Source of the DNA: Chitinophaga sp.
GTDB taxonomy: Bacteria > Bacteroidota > Bacteroidia > Chitinophagales > Chitinophagaceae
Reading direction: 5' to 3'
DNA length: 46,344 nt
NCBI GenBank assembly: GCA_039593235.1
Contig: JBCNPS010000001.1
Location: 1 to 46,344 of the forward strand
Shown piece by piece: positions 30,117-38,419 of this stretch (its first letter is position 1; each line of letters begins with the position of its first letter). The notes beneath the pieces are model-generated. The model made no database searches and was not told the origin of the DNA. It saw only the letters and a list, made by a program, of their open reading frames with translations. A program made the translations under genes and the position numbers.

Positions 30117-30632
30117 ATGAAAAAGCTTATCTGTTTGTTCATGATCCTGGGTGCTGCCTGGCGGTTAACGGCCCAAATTACGCCCGCAGTAGCCGTTTTG
30201 CCCAATGAGGATCTTGTAACACAAATTTTTGGCAAGAACAAAGAATCGTTATTGAATGATTTTTTGAAGATTTCCCCTTTAGAGGAACGGGCGTTTCAAT
30301 CTGCATTCCTGGAATATGAAACGGAGAAAAGTCCGTGGTTAACGGAGCGTATTGCCTTATTGAAAATGTACAACGAAGAGTTTTCCTCTATTGATGAGAA
30401 GAAAATGAACTCGCTTACCAGGCAGTTCATTAATAATGACCTGGAGTTTGGCCGGTTGCAGATGCGGTATTTCCGGAAGTTCAACAAATTGCTGGGAGCC
30501 ACGAGAGCGGCAAAGTTCTTCCAGCTGGACAATTACCTGGAGCAATCTACGCGGGTGTACCTGCAAAACCAGTTACCTTTTATAAAAGCGCTGGAATCTG
30601 ATAAACTGGCGAAGCCACTTACGGCAAGATAA
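30117..30632 (+). CDS. Secreted all-helical hypothetical protein (Spy/CpxP-like pattern)
   Basis: Signal peptide MKKLICLFMILG, L.ISP.E..AF...F.EYE pattern and KFNKLL...RAAKFFQLD end. Confidence 0.6.
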   Translation: MKKLICLFMILGAAWRLTAQITPAVAVLPNEDLVTQIFGKNKESLLNDFLKISPLEERAFQSAFLEYETEKSPWLTERIALLKMYNEEFSSIDEKKMNSLTRQFINNDLEFGRLQMRYFRKFNKLLGATRAAKFFQLDNYLEQSTRVYLQNQLPFIKALESDKLAKPLTAR

Positions 30633-30661
30633 GGGAGCGGATTTTGTCTGAGTCAGACAAA

Positions 30662-31096
30662 CTACGCTTCTTCTACGAAATCTTCGCTACGGGGGATGGC
30701 TTTGAATTTTTCCATGAGTTCAGGGGGAAGCCCGGTGAGCTTGCGTTTACGGGTATCTATCCATGCGCCGTCTACCAGTATAGTGGCGGATTTGGTGCCG
30801 TCGCCGCGGAAAATTTCGTGTTTAATGGACCAGCGGGAGCCGTCAGGCCGGCATTTGGTCATTTCACAGCTCACCCGCACTTTGTCGTTAGGGCCTATTT
30901 CCCGGTGGTAAAACAGCTCTTCCCGGAAAAGGATGGGGCCCAGCTGTTGCTGCATAAACTGAACGGCAGTAAGTCCTACCTGTTCCAGGAGGCTTAACCT
31001 CGCCTGTGCGGCAAAGTCGGCGTAGGCCGAATGGCGCAGGTGCATATTGGCGTCTATCTGTGACCATAATACTGGCCCTTCAAAGAATATGTTCAT
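30662..31096 (-). CDS. Acyl-CoA thioesterase (4HBT hot-dog fold)
   Basis: WSQIDANMHLRHSAY motif, GPILFREE..Y.REI and GAWID. Confidence 0.85.
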   Translation of the reverse strand: MNIFFEGPVLWSQIDANMHLRHSAYADFAAQARLSLLEQVGLTAVQFMQQQLGPILFREELFYHREIGPNDKVRVSCEMTKCRPDGSRWSIKHEIFRGDGTKSATILVDGAWIDTRKRKLTGLPPELMEKFKAIPRSEDFVEEA

Positions 31097-31286
31097 ATCT
31101 AAATTTACGGAAAAGCCATGTAAAAATGGGACCGTAAACAGGGTGTTTCACTACCAGTAATGGCTACACGTAAACAATGATAGCAACCGGATGTCTGCCA
31201 GGGGATTGCTTCTTAATGAAATTTTTCTACAAAAAAAAGTAAAACAAATTTTTTTAGAATCAATTCGTTTTATACTTTCGCGGCAT

Positions 31287-31371
31287 GGAGAGTTGGCAGA
31301 GCGGTCGATTGCGGCAGTCTTGAAAACTGTTGACTGTAACAGGTCCCGGGGTTCGAATCCCTGACTCTCCG
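31287..31371 (+). tRNA. tRNA-Ser, anticodon TGA
   Basis: GGAGAGT/ACTCTCC acceptor stem, D arm TGGCAGAGCGG, anticodon arm GCAGT-CT TGA AA-ACTGT, long variable arm, GTTCGAATCC T loop and G discriminator. Confidence 0.96.
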
Positions 31372-31379
31372 CAAGGAAT

Positions 31380-31417
31380 AGAGCCTTTAGACATTGTCTG
31401 AAGGCTTTGTTATTTTT
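31380..31417 (+). terminator. Terminator after tRNA-Ser
   Basis: AGAGCCTTTAGAC / GTCTGAAGGCTTT stem followed by GTTATTTTT. Confidence 0.7.
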
Positions 31418-31449
31418 GGGAAATAGCGACTGTCTTTTCGTAAATGATT

Positions 31450-31492
31450 TTGACTGTAACAGGTCCCGGGGTTCGAATCCCTGACTCTCCGC
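31450..31492 (+). repeat. Exact 43-bp duplication of the tRNA-Ser 3' half (att-like site)
   Basis: TTGACTGTAACAGGTCCCGGGGTTCGAATCCCTGACTCTCCGC is identical to 31330-31372, 120 bp upstream. Confidence 0.92.
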
Positions 31493-31498
31493 TAGAAA

Positions 31499-31543
31499 CG
31501 ACACAAAATTCATGATTGGATCTTGTGTCGCTTCTTCATTTTT
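31499..31543 (+). terminator. Hairpin after the duplicated tRNA fragment
   Basis: CGACACAA (31499-31506) / TTGTGTCG (31523-31530) followed by a pyrimidine/T run. Confidence 0.45.
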
Positions 31544-31645
31544 GCGGGCATGTTTATTGAGTGTTTTCGATTAAAAAGGGATCAAATTGAATGCTTCCGT
31601 ATTTATATCCCCTATGCAAAAAGGCAAACATCCGGCTTATGTTAA

Positions 31646-32194
31646 TTAGAGTTTGGCCTTTGCATTATTCATTAGTGATAACAATTGAATAATATCCCCG
31701 TCCTCCATAAAGACATAGGACTTCTCATCAAATCGCTCTACCTTTAAAAAGGTGGACCATTGTTTTTTTGAATAAAAACAACCTGCCTGGAAGCCGCCGC
31801 GGCTTTTATATTGAATTTCGGTATATATTTCCGGGGTGGTCGGTATTATCTTATCTTTTATAATGTTCAAAGATTTAATTAGTGCATCAACCTCATCCAT
31901 ATCAAGCATGCCTATTTTTGTATCAGATGAATATGCTCCAGAGTACGCATATTCAAAACGCACTGCCTTGGTAGTTTCTCCGCCAATTAAGTCTGTGAAT
32001 TGCGCAACTTGAATCTGGCAGCCCTTCAGTGAGCCAACATCTATAAATTGTTTTTGTATTAGAGAACCAGATTTGTTTGAAAAAAGTTCTGCTTTGCTCT
32101 TTTGTTCTTTTAGATCTGTATCCGGTTTCGCTGGTTGAGAACAGGCCGAACAGAATGGGGTAATAAATGCTAAAATTAAAATTACTCTTTTCAT
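31646..32194 (-). CDS. Hypothetical lipoprotein
   Basis: MKRVILILAFITPFCSAC lipoprotein-like signal (ATG 32194), last gene of the co-oriented run. Confidence 0.7.
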   Translation of the reverse strand: MKRVILILAFITPFCSACSQPAKPDTDLKEQKSKAELFSNKSGSLIQKQFIDVGSLKGCQIQVAQFTDLIGGETTKAVRFEYAYSGAYSSDTKIGMLDMDEVDALIKSLNIIKDKIIPTTPEIYTEIQYKSRGGFQAGCFYSKKQWSTFLKVERFDEKSYVFMEDGDIIQLLSLMNNAKAKL

Positions 32195-32236
32195 AGATGA
32201 TTGAGGTTTATTTAGAAACAAAAGTGAAAATGAAAG

Positions 32237-33337
32237 CTACTGATCCTGATCTTTTACCTGAACTTTTTCCGAATCATACCAATCGACAGTTTTATGAAGT
32301 ATTTCTTCAAATTTAAAGAGGTCATCAACAGTTAGAATCTCTGTCTTCGTTTCCTTCTTTTGCCCGTCAAAAGTGCCAATATATTTTCGTGAACTGTTAA
32401 AATACAATCTACATATCGTTTTTCGATTATTGTCATCCAGTAGTATTGCAAAATAGGATTGAGCATCCCGATACGCTATTCTGGAAGGTTTTATTCTTTG
32501 GCGGAGAATTGTTTTTACAATCATATAGCCTTCCTTTTCCTCCTCGGTGGTTTCAATCACTGAACCCTTTTCCTCGATGTTTGTTGTCACTAATTCCTTT
32601 TCGGGATCAGATTGCTCTGTATCATTTTCTTTTTTCAGCGCAGATTTAAGCCTTTCTGTTATCAGATCATTGATGTATTGTTGTATTGACTTCTTTGTTA
32701 GCGCACCGAACTGCTCAACAACTTTTGAAGTTAACATTCCTCTGTATATCTGCTTGGAAAATAGTTTGATCAACCCTTCAGAGGGATTTTGAAACTCAAC
32801 ATTTATCAGCGTTTTAAGCTCATTCATATATTTTAGGTCGCTCGCGGTGGTTTGAATGTTCTCTATATTGAAATACGACTTGTGAAATTTTTTTAATTCT
32901 TCGATCTGGTTGTCTTTTATATCCGTAACATTAAATTCAAAGAATGGTTTTTCATCCATTTTATTCTGCTCTGCAAGATCTGTATAGAACCGGTAAATTA
33001 TTCCATTGGATAATAGACCGAATTTAGCAGTTGTAGTATGGAAATACCGGAAAAGCTGGGAGTTGTGCGGGTCCAGGCTTTCTCCCCAATGCTTACATTC
33101 GATGAGTATAGAAGGTTTGCCTTCCTTCAGGATCGCATAATCGACTTTTTCGCCTTTCTTGATCCCTATATCAGCAATAAACTCCGGCATTACTTCAAAT
33201 GGGTCAAATACATCGTAGCCCAGGACTTTAATGAAGGGCATGATAAAAGCATTCTTAGTAGCTTCTTCTGTTTGAATCTGGTTTTTAAGCTTTTCGACTT
33301 TGTCGCCGAAGAGTTTAATTTCAGCTTTAAAATCCAT
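32237..33337 (-). CDS. Stand-alone HsdR-N-terminal-like PD-(D/E)XK endonuclease (COG4748 type)
   Basis: TEEATKNAFIMPF..LGYDVFDP.EV.PE, GEKVDYAI...LIECK, SQLFRYF and NG..YRFYTDL...NKMDEKPF. No helicase motifs. Confidence 0.85.
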   Translation of the reverse strand: MDFKAEIKLFGDKVEKLKNQIQTEEATKNAFIMPFIKVLGYDVFDPFEVMPEFIADIGIKKGEKVDYAILKEGKPSILIECKHWGESLDPHNSQLFRYFHTTTAKFGLLSNGIIYRFYTDLAEQNKMDEKPFFEFNVTDIKDNQIEELKKFHKSYFNIENIQTTASDLKYMNELKTLINVEFQNPSEGLIKLFSKQIYRGMLTSKVVEQFGALTKKSIQQYINDLITERLKSALKKENDTEQSDPEKELVTTNIEEKGSVIETTEEEKEGYMIVKTILRQRIKPSRIAYRDAQSYFAILLDDNNRKTICRLYFNSSRKYIGTFDGQKKETKTEILTVDDLFKFEEILHKTVDWYDSEKVQVKDQDQ

Positions 33338-33370
33338 AGAATTTTTTTGATATTGATGTTGTCAGAAATT

Positions 33371-34366
33371 TTATCCTTCGAATCCTTTTCCAAGGGCATC
33401 AAGCCGTCGCATCTGTAAATTCATATGATGCAGTACAACCTTTTCGTAATCATTAGATCTGTCGCCCAGTTTACTGAATAGTACGAGCATCTCTATAAAC
33501 AGGAAAAACAGAATCCACAGGATCCAGAAAACCAATGCAACATAAGATGCGGATAACATCTGCTTCATGATTGTTAACTCATCTAAAAATCCTGTACTCG
33601 CTTTCATTTCCTTTTCAATTGCAGGTTTGATGTGAAGCAAATCGTTTTCCTTTAGAGTTCTCTGTTGCCGCATAGCACCAATAGTGGAGTCAATGGACGG
33701 TAGCAATGCTATTTTGGGATTTGACACCAGTGTGGTTGCAACAACAACATCACTTATCGTCTTCCATACAGTTGTATCCTTGCCTGAAGATGTTACTGTT
33801 GACACAGGCATCCGCTTTGTTGCCGTTTGCGTGGTAGTGGCAGTTGTTGTTGGATGTTTGCTGATGTCCTCCACGTAATTATTTTTTTCCTGTTCTTTTT
33901 TATTAATCGCCGTGTCCAGTGTGGCGATCTGCTTTCTTAGTTCTTCAGTTTTGGAGGGCAATATCTTGTCTACTTTTTCCGATACATAGGAGATCTTTGC
34001 GATCTCAATGTCTTTTTCAAACAATATCTGATCAATGATCACAGCACCCAGAATAGACATCATGAAAGCCAGACATCCCCTGAAAATTAACAGCAGCCGG
34101 CCCGGATTTATGGATAGGACGATCTGCTTTTCAACCTGTACAATGATAACGGTTGAGAGAATGCCGGCCAACAAGCAACCCGGTAGGCTGAGTGACAGGT
34201 AACGATGAGCAAAAGTAAAACCGATAAAAAACCACAGAATGCAAACGATCAGCATGGCTGCGGTGTACTTTTTCACTGATTTAAAAGCAGCTTCGCTACA
34301 GTTCCGTAGGATGCTGTAGTTGTATCCGGTCATGAAGCAGCCGAAACGGATCCAGAGATGTTTCAT
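33371..34366 (-). CDS. Membrane protein with three N-terminal TM helices, coiled coil and C-terminal TM (DUF4407-like)
   Basis: Hydrophobic segments at about aa 35-55, 60-80 and 90-112, a heptad-rich soluble middle, and 'GFLDEL..M' before the final TM helix. Confidence 0.7.
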   Translation of the reverse strand: MKHLWIRFGCFMTGYNYSILRNCSEAAFKSVKKYTAAMLIVCILWFFIGFTFAHRYLSLSLPGCLLAGILSTVIIVQVEKQIVLSINPGRLLLIFRGCLAFMMSILGAVIIDQILFEKDIEIAKISYVSEKVDKILPSKTEELRKQIATLDTAINKKEQEKNNYVEDISKHPTTTATTTQTATKRMPVSTVTSSGKDTTVWKTISDVVVATTLVSNPKIALLPSIDSTIGAMRQQRTLKENDLLHIKPAIEKEMKASTGFLDELTIMKQMLSASYVALVFWILWILFFLFIEMLVLFSKLGDRSNDYEKVVLHHMNLQMRRLDALGKGFEG

Positions 34367-34377
34367 AGCACTCGGTT

Positions 34378-34944
34378 TTAAAAGTTTTTGTTCAGAATAA
34401 TGTGACTGGAAATTGCCGCAAGACCATTCCTGAATCCGCGCGTATAGCTGATAATAATGCCGTGTCCGACACCCTCGTTAATCTTTGCCTGCTCTTCGAT
34501 TTCTTTGACCTGCCTGATATGGCCTTCGGCAATTTCTTTTTTGACAGTAAGTTCTTCCACTGTATCTATCATTCCACTTCTGCTCCTGCTGGAGATGTGA
34601 AAGTTGATTTGGCGGATAAAGTCTTCGTAAAAGGTTTTTACCTTCCGGATAGATCTTTCCAGGTCATTCTTCAACGCGATCACATTTTGGTCCAGATGGG
34701 TAATGTCCGGATTTATCAAAGCATCGTTATATCCTTTAGATTCATAGTTCTTGTCGAGGAAATCGTATAAAAGATGTATCCCACCATTGAGTGGAGTAAT
34801 AGCCTTTCCGTCAGGCTGTTCTTTCGCCGGTGCGTCCTTTTCAATGAAAGTAGTTTCCGGAATATCGGGCATTGTATTTTCAGTTGCTATAGTGTGGGTA
34901 TGCCCATTTTGACGTTGCCGATTGAAAATGTTGAATAAGCTCAT
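34378..34944 (-). CDS. Hypothetical coiled-coil protein
   Basis: 188-aa ORF with 11-bp gaps to both neighbours; helical, with GYNDAL and SY.RGF.NG motifs. Confidence 0.75.
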   Translation of the reverse strand: MSLFNIFNRQRQNGHTHTIATENTMPDIPETTFIEKDAPAKEQPDGKAITPLNGGIHLLYDFLDKNYESKGYNDALINPDITHLDQNVIALKNDLERSIRKVKTFYEDFIRQINFHISSRSRSGMIDTVEELTVKKEIAEGHIRQVKEIEEQAKINEGVGHGIIISYTRGFRNGLAAISSHIILNKNF

Positions 34945-34955
34945 ACATATTTTTA

Positions 34956-35357
34956 TTAAATAGTGATTGTCGGCACTTTGTATTTATTATGTCCTTTGTT
35001 ATGACAGGACGCGCAGAGCGTGATGAGTAAATGACCGGGGTAATCCCAGGGCAGACGGAATTTTTGCTCGTTTGCTATAAAGTGGTATTGCCGGTGATGG
35101 ACCTGTAAGTCTTTATCGCTACGGCAATGAACACAACAATACATGTCGCGCTGCAGTATTTCCCTACGCCTCGCCTTCCAGTCGGGGTGAAATAAAAGCG
35201 AGCCATAACTGCCATGAGATTTAATATTTAGGAGGCCCTGCTCTTGAGATTTTGCGGGAGGTGATTTTGTAGGAATATCCTCCTGGATATATCTGCGGAA
35301 AAATTGATCTCCCTTAAACTGTAAGTATTTATGCGGCGCGACGTTTGAAGTTGCCAT
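34956..35357 (-). CDS. HNH endonuclease
   Basis: W..RR.EILQRD...CVHC...DLQVHH...LITLCASCHNKGH, a Zn-ribbon HNH signature. Confidence 0.85.
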   Translation of the reverse strand: MATSNVAPHKYLQFKGDQFFRRYIQEDIPTKSPPAKSQEQGLLNIKSHGSYGSLLFHPDWKARRREILQRDMYCCVHCRSDKDLQVHHRQYHFIANEQKFRLPWDYPGHLLITLCASCHNKGHNKYKVPTITI

Positions 35358-35405
35358 AATAACACAGGTTAGAGTTGTTGAAATATAGTCCTGGTCGCAG
35401 TCAAC

Positions 35406-35606
35406 TTATTGCTCCCACTTGCAAAGGGTCCTGGTTGCCATTGCTTTTTCAAGGGACATGCTGATGATTCGATGCTTACAATTACTTAGTCCACGGCAAT
35501 TCGAATTATAATGATATTTTGTAGCATTCTTGCTATCGCAGACATACACCGTTATTGGGTTACAGTAACTATAGCTTGTAAGTAGCCAGACATACAGGAG
35601 TTTCAT
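35406..35606 (-). CDS. Small exported Cys/His protein (Ada-type metal-binding-like motif)
   Basis: Hydrophobic N-terminus, then VYVC...KYH...CRGL.NC...SLEKA...RTLC. Confidence 0.65.
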   Translation of the reverse strand: MKLLYVWLLTSYSYCNPITVYVCDSKNATKYHYNSNCRGLSNCKHRIISMSLEKAMATRTLCKWEQ

Positions 35607-35656
35607 GGCTCTATTGATTCAGGAGACAAGGGGTACAAAGGAACTGGCATTATCGT

Positions 35657-35866
35657 TTAACTTGTATGACAGGGCCTGCAACAATGAAAACAGCCATTCG
35701 AGTTTTGATAGCGTTTCTTTGCTTCACGAACAGCCTCCTGGCAAGTTTCAAATTCTCCCAAATAAGTCCGGTTATACATCGTAGAAAAATACTCACAGGT
35801 AATGACGTGAACTTCATAATCACCGTTTAGCTGGCGGTTGTTGTTTACATAATACTTCTTTTTCAT
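35657..35866 (-). CDS. Small Cys/His-rich hypothetical protein
   Basis: YYVN.N.Q.NGDYEVH..TC...YLGEF.TC.EAV.EAK...NGC.HCC.PCHT; AT-rich start, first gene after the promoter. Confidence 0.75.
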   Translation of the reverse strand: MKKKYYVNNNRQLNGDYEVHVITCEYFSTMYNRTYLGEFETCQEAVREAKKRYQNSNGCFHCCRPCHTS

Positions 35867-35889
35867 AATGGTATTTTAGATTTATGAAA

Positions 35890-35933
35890 CAAAAGTATAT
35901 TTCATTAACATCCTTTTTTTATGGGAAACCGTA
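35890..35933 (-). promoter_or_regulatory. Effector-operon promoter: TACGGTTTCCCATA-N22-TACTTTTG
   Basis: Quasi-palindrome at 35920-35933 and Bacteroidota -7 box at 35890-35897. The same geometry recurs at 36690-36733. Confidence 0.7.
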
Positions 35934-35968
35934 ACCAGATGTTTTCTGTAGAAGTTTTTTTAAGACGC

Positions 35969-36634
35969 TTATATAGCGCCTAAATCCTTGCAATGAGCCA
36001 CCAATTGCTCGTTCTTGGTAAAGCCAAGGGCGTCTTTCATTTGGTTGAGCCTTTTTTCTATACTGCTTAAGCCAGACGGTTTTATCCCGTTGCGTTGAAG
36101 GTGCGCAGGTATGTCTTTCTGCAGCATTCCCTGTGCAAGCAGTGTTATGATCGTGATATCAAATTCCGAAAAAGAGTAGGCGTTCTTTTTATCGAACAAC
36201 TGCCTGATGTGATGTGGAAAATAGCGCCTGTGTTGGGCTATTTCATTGATGGCTTCTTTAAGTGAGCGGGCATCGTTCCGGGCTTTGAGAACAAAACCAT
36301 CTATGTCATACTTGTTATAAAGTTGGTCAATAATAGCTGGCCTGTTTTCTAACGAGAAGATCAGGATATTGAGATCGGGTTGTACTTCTCTGGCGGCGGC
36401 AATTAGATCCATACCATTGGATAGTTCCTGCTTATGACCATCCGGTTCAAAATACAGATCTGAAATCAGGAGGTCGAATGAACTACCTGCCTTAACCGCC
36501 TGTGTTATCTTATACAACGCATCATCGCAATAATAAGCATGTGCTATATCCATGACTGCGAGATCTTCCAGGGTTTTCTGCAGGGAAATATTGACGATTT
36601 CGTGATCTTCAGCAATAAGTACCTTTGTAATCAT
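35969..36634 (-). CDS. NarL/FixJ-type response regulator (REC + LuxR-like HTH)
   Basis: VLIAEDH, DLLISDL phosphoacceptor, ILIFS, GFVLK and C-terminal HTH (II.LLAQG..QKDI...SSIEKRL..MK..L). ATGA overlap with the kinase. Confidence 0.9.
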   Translation of the reverse strand: MITKVLIAEDHEIVNISLQKTLEDLAVMDIAHAYYCDDALYKITQAVKAGSSFDLLISDLYFEPDGHKQELSNGMDLIAAAREVQPDLNILIFSLENRPAIIDQLYNKYDIDGFVLKARNDARSLKEAINEIAQHRRYFPHHIRQLFDKKNAYSFSEFDITIITLLAQGMLQKDIPAHLQRNGIKPSGLSSIEKRLNQMKDALGFTKNEQLVAHCKDLGAI

Positions 36635-38307
36635 GAGGACTGAGCTATTGGGAAAGAAATGTGAATTTTTAATCCTTTAGCAGGATGTTCAAATGTATAT
36701 TGTCCGCCAATTTTTTTAATACGGTTTCCCATATTCTGCAGTCCGTTTCCATACTTAACTTGCGGAGAAATACCGATGCCATCATCTGTATAGAGAATTT
36801 GAACCTGGCCGTTCTGACCTTCAAATTTTAACATCACAGAATTGGCCTGGCTATGCTTTTTCATATTGATCATCAATTCCTGCAGGATATGTTCAACTTC
36901 TTGCTGTATCTGCGCATTGATCCGGCTCCAGAGCAGGGGACCATTGCCGAAGATCAGGACCTTGATATGTTCGGACCCAAAAGATCCTAACAAATCGTCA
37001 ATTTTAACATGAAAGGGAATCTTTGAGATGGTGGGGTTTTCATATGAGATATCGCGGGATCGCTCATACAGTACCTCAATCTTATCGATCAAATCCTCCT
37101 TGTCTAAAGATGCTTTATACTCAAGGTCTGTCATGATGCGGTACAATCCGTTTGCTACCACGTCATGCACCTTTTGGGAGGTTTTGAGTTGATGTTCCTG
37201 TATCGCCTGCCGGGATGCAAATTCTATCTGTTGCCGGCGCCTGCGATACCGGAGGATTAAAACAATTCCGGCAGTAATGAAGAACAGGATGGTTAGCGCC
37301 AATAGAAACCACTGTACCACCAGCTGGGTTTTCTTTTGTGCATTATCCTTTTGCAGCTGAAGATTGTCGGCTTTGTTTTTCGCGGCTTCATACCGGATTA
37401 ATGCGAATTGGTTCTTGGCTGTGTGCTTTGCTGTTTGGATACTATCCGTCAGGTATTGGTAACGGATAAAATAAGGTTTCAACAGATTGGTGGGGCTAAG
37501 CGTAATAAGCTTTGAAAGTGCTTCTACCTCGTCATCGGGACTATTCATTTCCCTGGCGATTTCGTATCTTTTCCTGGCATAATGCAATGCCGAATCAGGC
37601 AAGGAGAGCGAATAATAGTCCGACAGATGCGCATAGCTGGCGTTGAGCCCCCTGATGTCGTTCGAATCCTTACGGATTTGCAGCGCCTGTTGCAGCTCGG
37701 GCCCGGCAGGATAAGCGGAATCTTTCAACCACTTGGTTTTGGCATAGTTGGAAAGTACCCGGGCATACTCTTTTTTCTTGTCCTTACTCTTAGCCAGCAG
37801 GGATTTGTATAAATCGATAGCCTGATCATAGTCGCCTTTCTTCTGGTAAGTAAGGGCTATACTGTTTAAAGCAATGGTTTCGGCCTTCGGATGTTTTATA
37901 TATTTTAGCGCTTTACGATAATAGTCGATCGCTGCTTCATAGTTTTTAAGATTAAGACAAATATTGCCCAATTCATGGTAGTCAGAGCCCAGGCATTCCT
38001 GGTCTTCTTTTTTGTGTTCATCAAGATAAGTAAGGGATTTCAAGAGGCTTTCCTGCCCTCCATAATGGTCTCCCTCATATGCCTGGATGATGCCCATATA
38101 AGTATAGGCCATTGCAATTTCCAAACTATCTGTAGCGCCCGTTGCAACGAGATTAAAATAATAAAAGGCAGAGTCGTTATTTTTATTGAAGAATGACTCC
38201 CCTTTTTCCAGCCTGGGTGCAGAAATCTGTTGCGGAGACTCCCGGTTGGATGTACAGGCTAAAAAACTTCCGAGGAGTATGGGCAGGATGATGATTGAGG
38301 GACGCAC
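36631..38307 (-). CDS. TPR-repeat sensor histidine kinase with lipoprotein-type signal
   Basis: GTG start, FLAC lipobox, TPR repeats (YHELGNICLNLKNYEAAIDYYRKAL; LNSIALTYQKKGDYDQAIDLYK), one TM helix, H box KVHDVVANGL, ELMINMKKHS, DDGIG and GNGLQN. Confidence 0.9.
   Translation of the reverse strand: MRPSIIILPILLGSFLACTSNRESPQQISAPRLEKGESFFNKNNDSAFYYFNLVATGATDSLEIAMAYTYMGIIQAYEGDHYGGQESLLKSLTYLDEHKKEDQECLGSDYHELGNICLNLKNYEAAIDYYRKALKYIKHPKAETIALNSIALTYQKKGDYDQAIDLYKSLLAKSKDKKKEYARVLSNYAKTKWLKDSAYPAGPELQQALQIRKDSNDIRGLNASYAHLSDYYSLSLPDSALHYARKRYEIAREMNSPDDEVEALSKLITLSPTNLLKPYFIRYQYLTDSIQTAKHTAKNQFALIRYEAAKNKADNLQLQKDNAQKKTQLVVQWFLLALTILFFITAGIVLILRYRRRRQQIEFASRQAIQEHQLKTSQKVHDVVANGLYRIMTDLEYKASLDKEDLIDKIEVLYERSRDISYENPTISKIPFHVKIDDLLGSFGSEHIKVLIFGNGPLLWSRINAQIQQEVEHILQELMINMKKHSQANSVMLKFEGQNGQVQILYTDDGIGISPQVKYGNGLQNMGNRIKKIGGQYTFEHPAKGLKIHISFPIAQSS
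36690..36733 (-). promoter_or_regulatory. Intragenic promoter for the response regulator: TATGGGAAACCGTA-N22-TACATTTG
   Basis: Lies inside the kinase codons NMGNRI...YTFE. It has the same 14-mer (inverted) and the same 22-bp spacer as 35890-35933, and the box ends 55 bp before the response regulator ATG. Confidence 0.65.
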
Positions 38308-38374
38308 TAGGGATTATTTCTCTTAAAAGTATCAAATTTCTCAATTTTGAGGAATTATTAATTGACAGGTAACC

Positions 38375-38407
38375 AAAAAAAGTGAGGCAAGAGCCTTCTT
38401 GCCTCAC
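38375..38407 (-). terminator. Intrinsic terminator between the peptide gene and the kinase
   Basis: GTGAGGCAAGA / TCTTGCCTCAC perfect 11-bp stem followed on the minus strand by T7. Confidence 0.85.
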
Positions 38408-38419
38408 GTAGATTATATA

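Noticed and set aside
31105-31137. TTACGGAAAAGCCATG / ATGGGACCGTAA as further response-regulator sites
   Set aside because: The spacer lengths are wrong and there is no TAnnTTTG box at the 22-bp distance.
31287-31371. tRNA as a selenocysteine or opal-suppressor tRNA
   Set aside because: Anticodon TGA reads UCA (Ser), and the acceptor stem is a normal 7 bp.
31151-31513. 120-aa ORF with repeated AESQGFEPRDLLQS
   Set aside because: It is the antisense translation of tRNA-Ser and its duplicated 3' half.
32237-33337. Type I restriction-modification system
   Set aside because: Only the nuclease-like N-terminal domain is present; there are no helicase motifs and no hsdM or hsdS in the window.
35920-36733. 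14-bp inverted repeats flanking the response regulator, read as an invertible (phase-variable) segment
   Set aside because: No recombinase is nearby, inversion would break the kinase C-terminus, and both copies sit at an identical distance from a promoter box. Operator sites explain this better. Read-orientation analysis would settle it.
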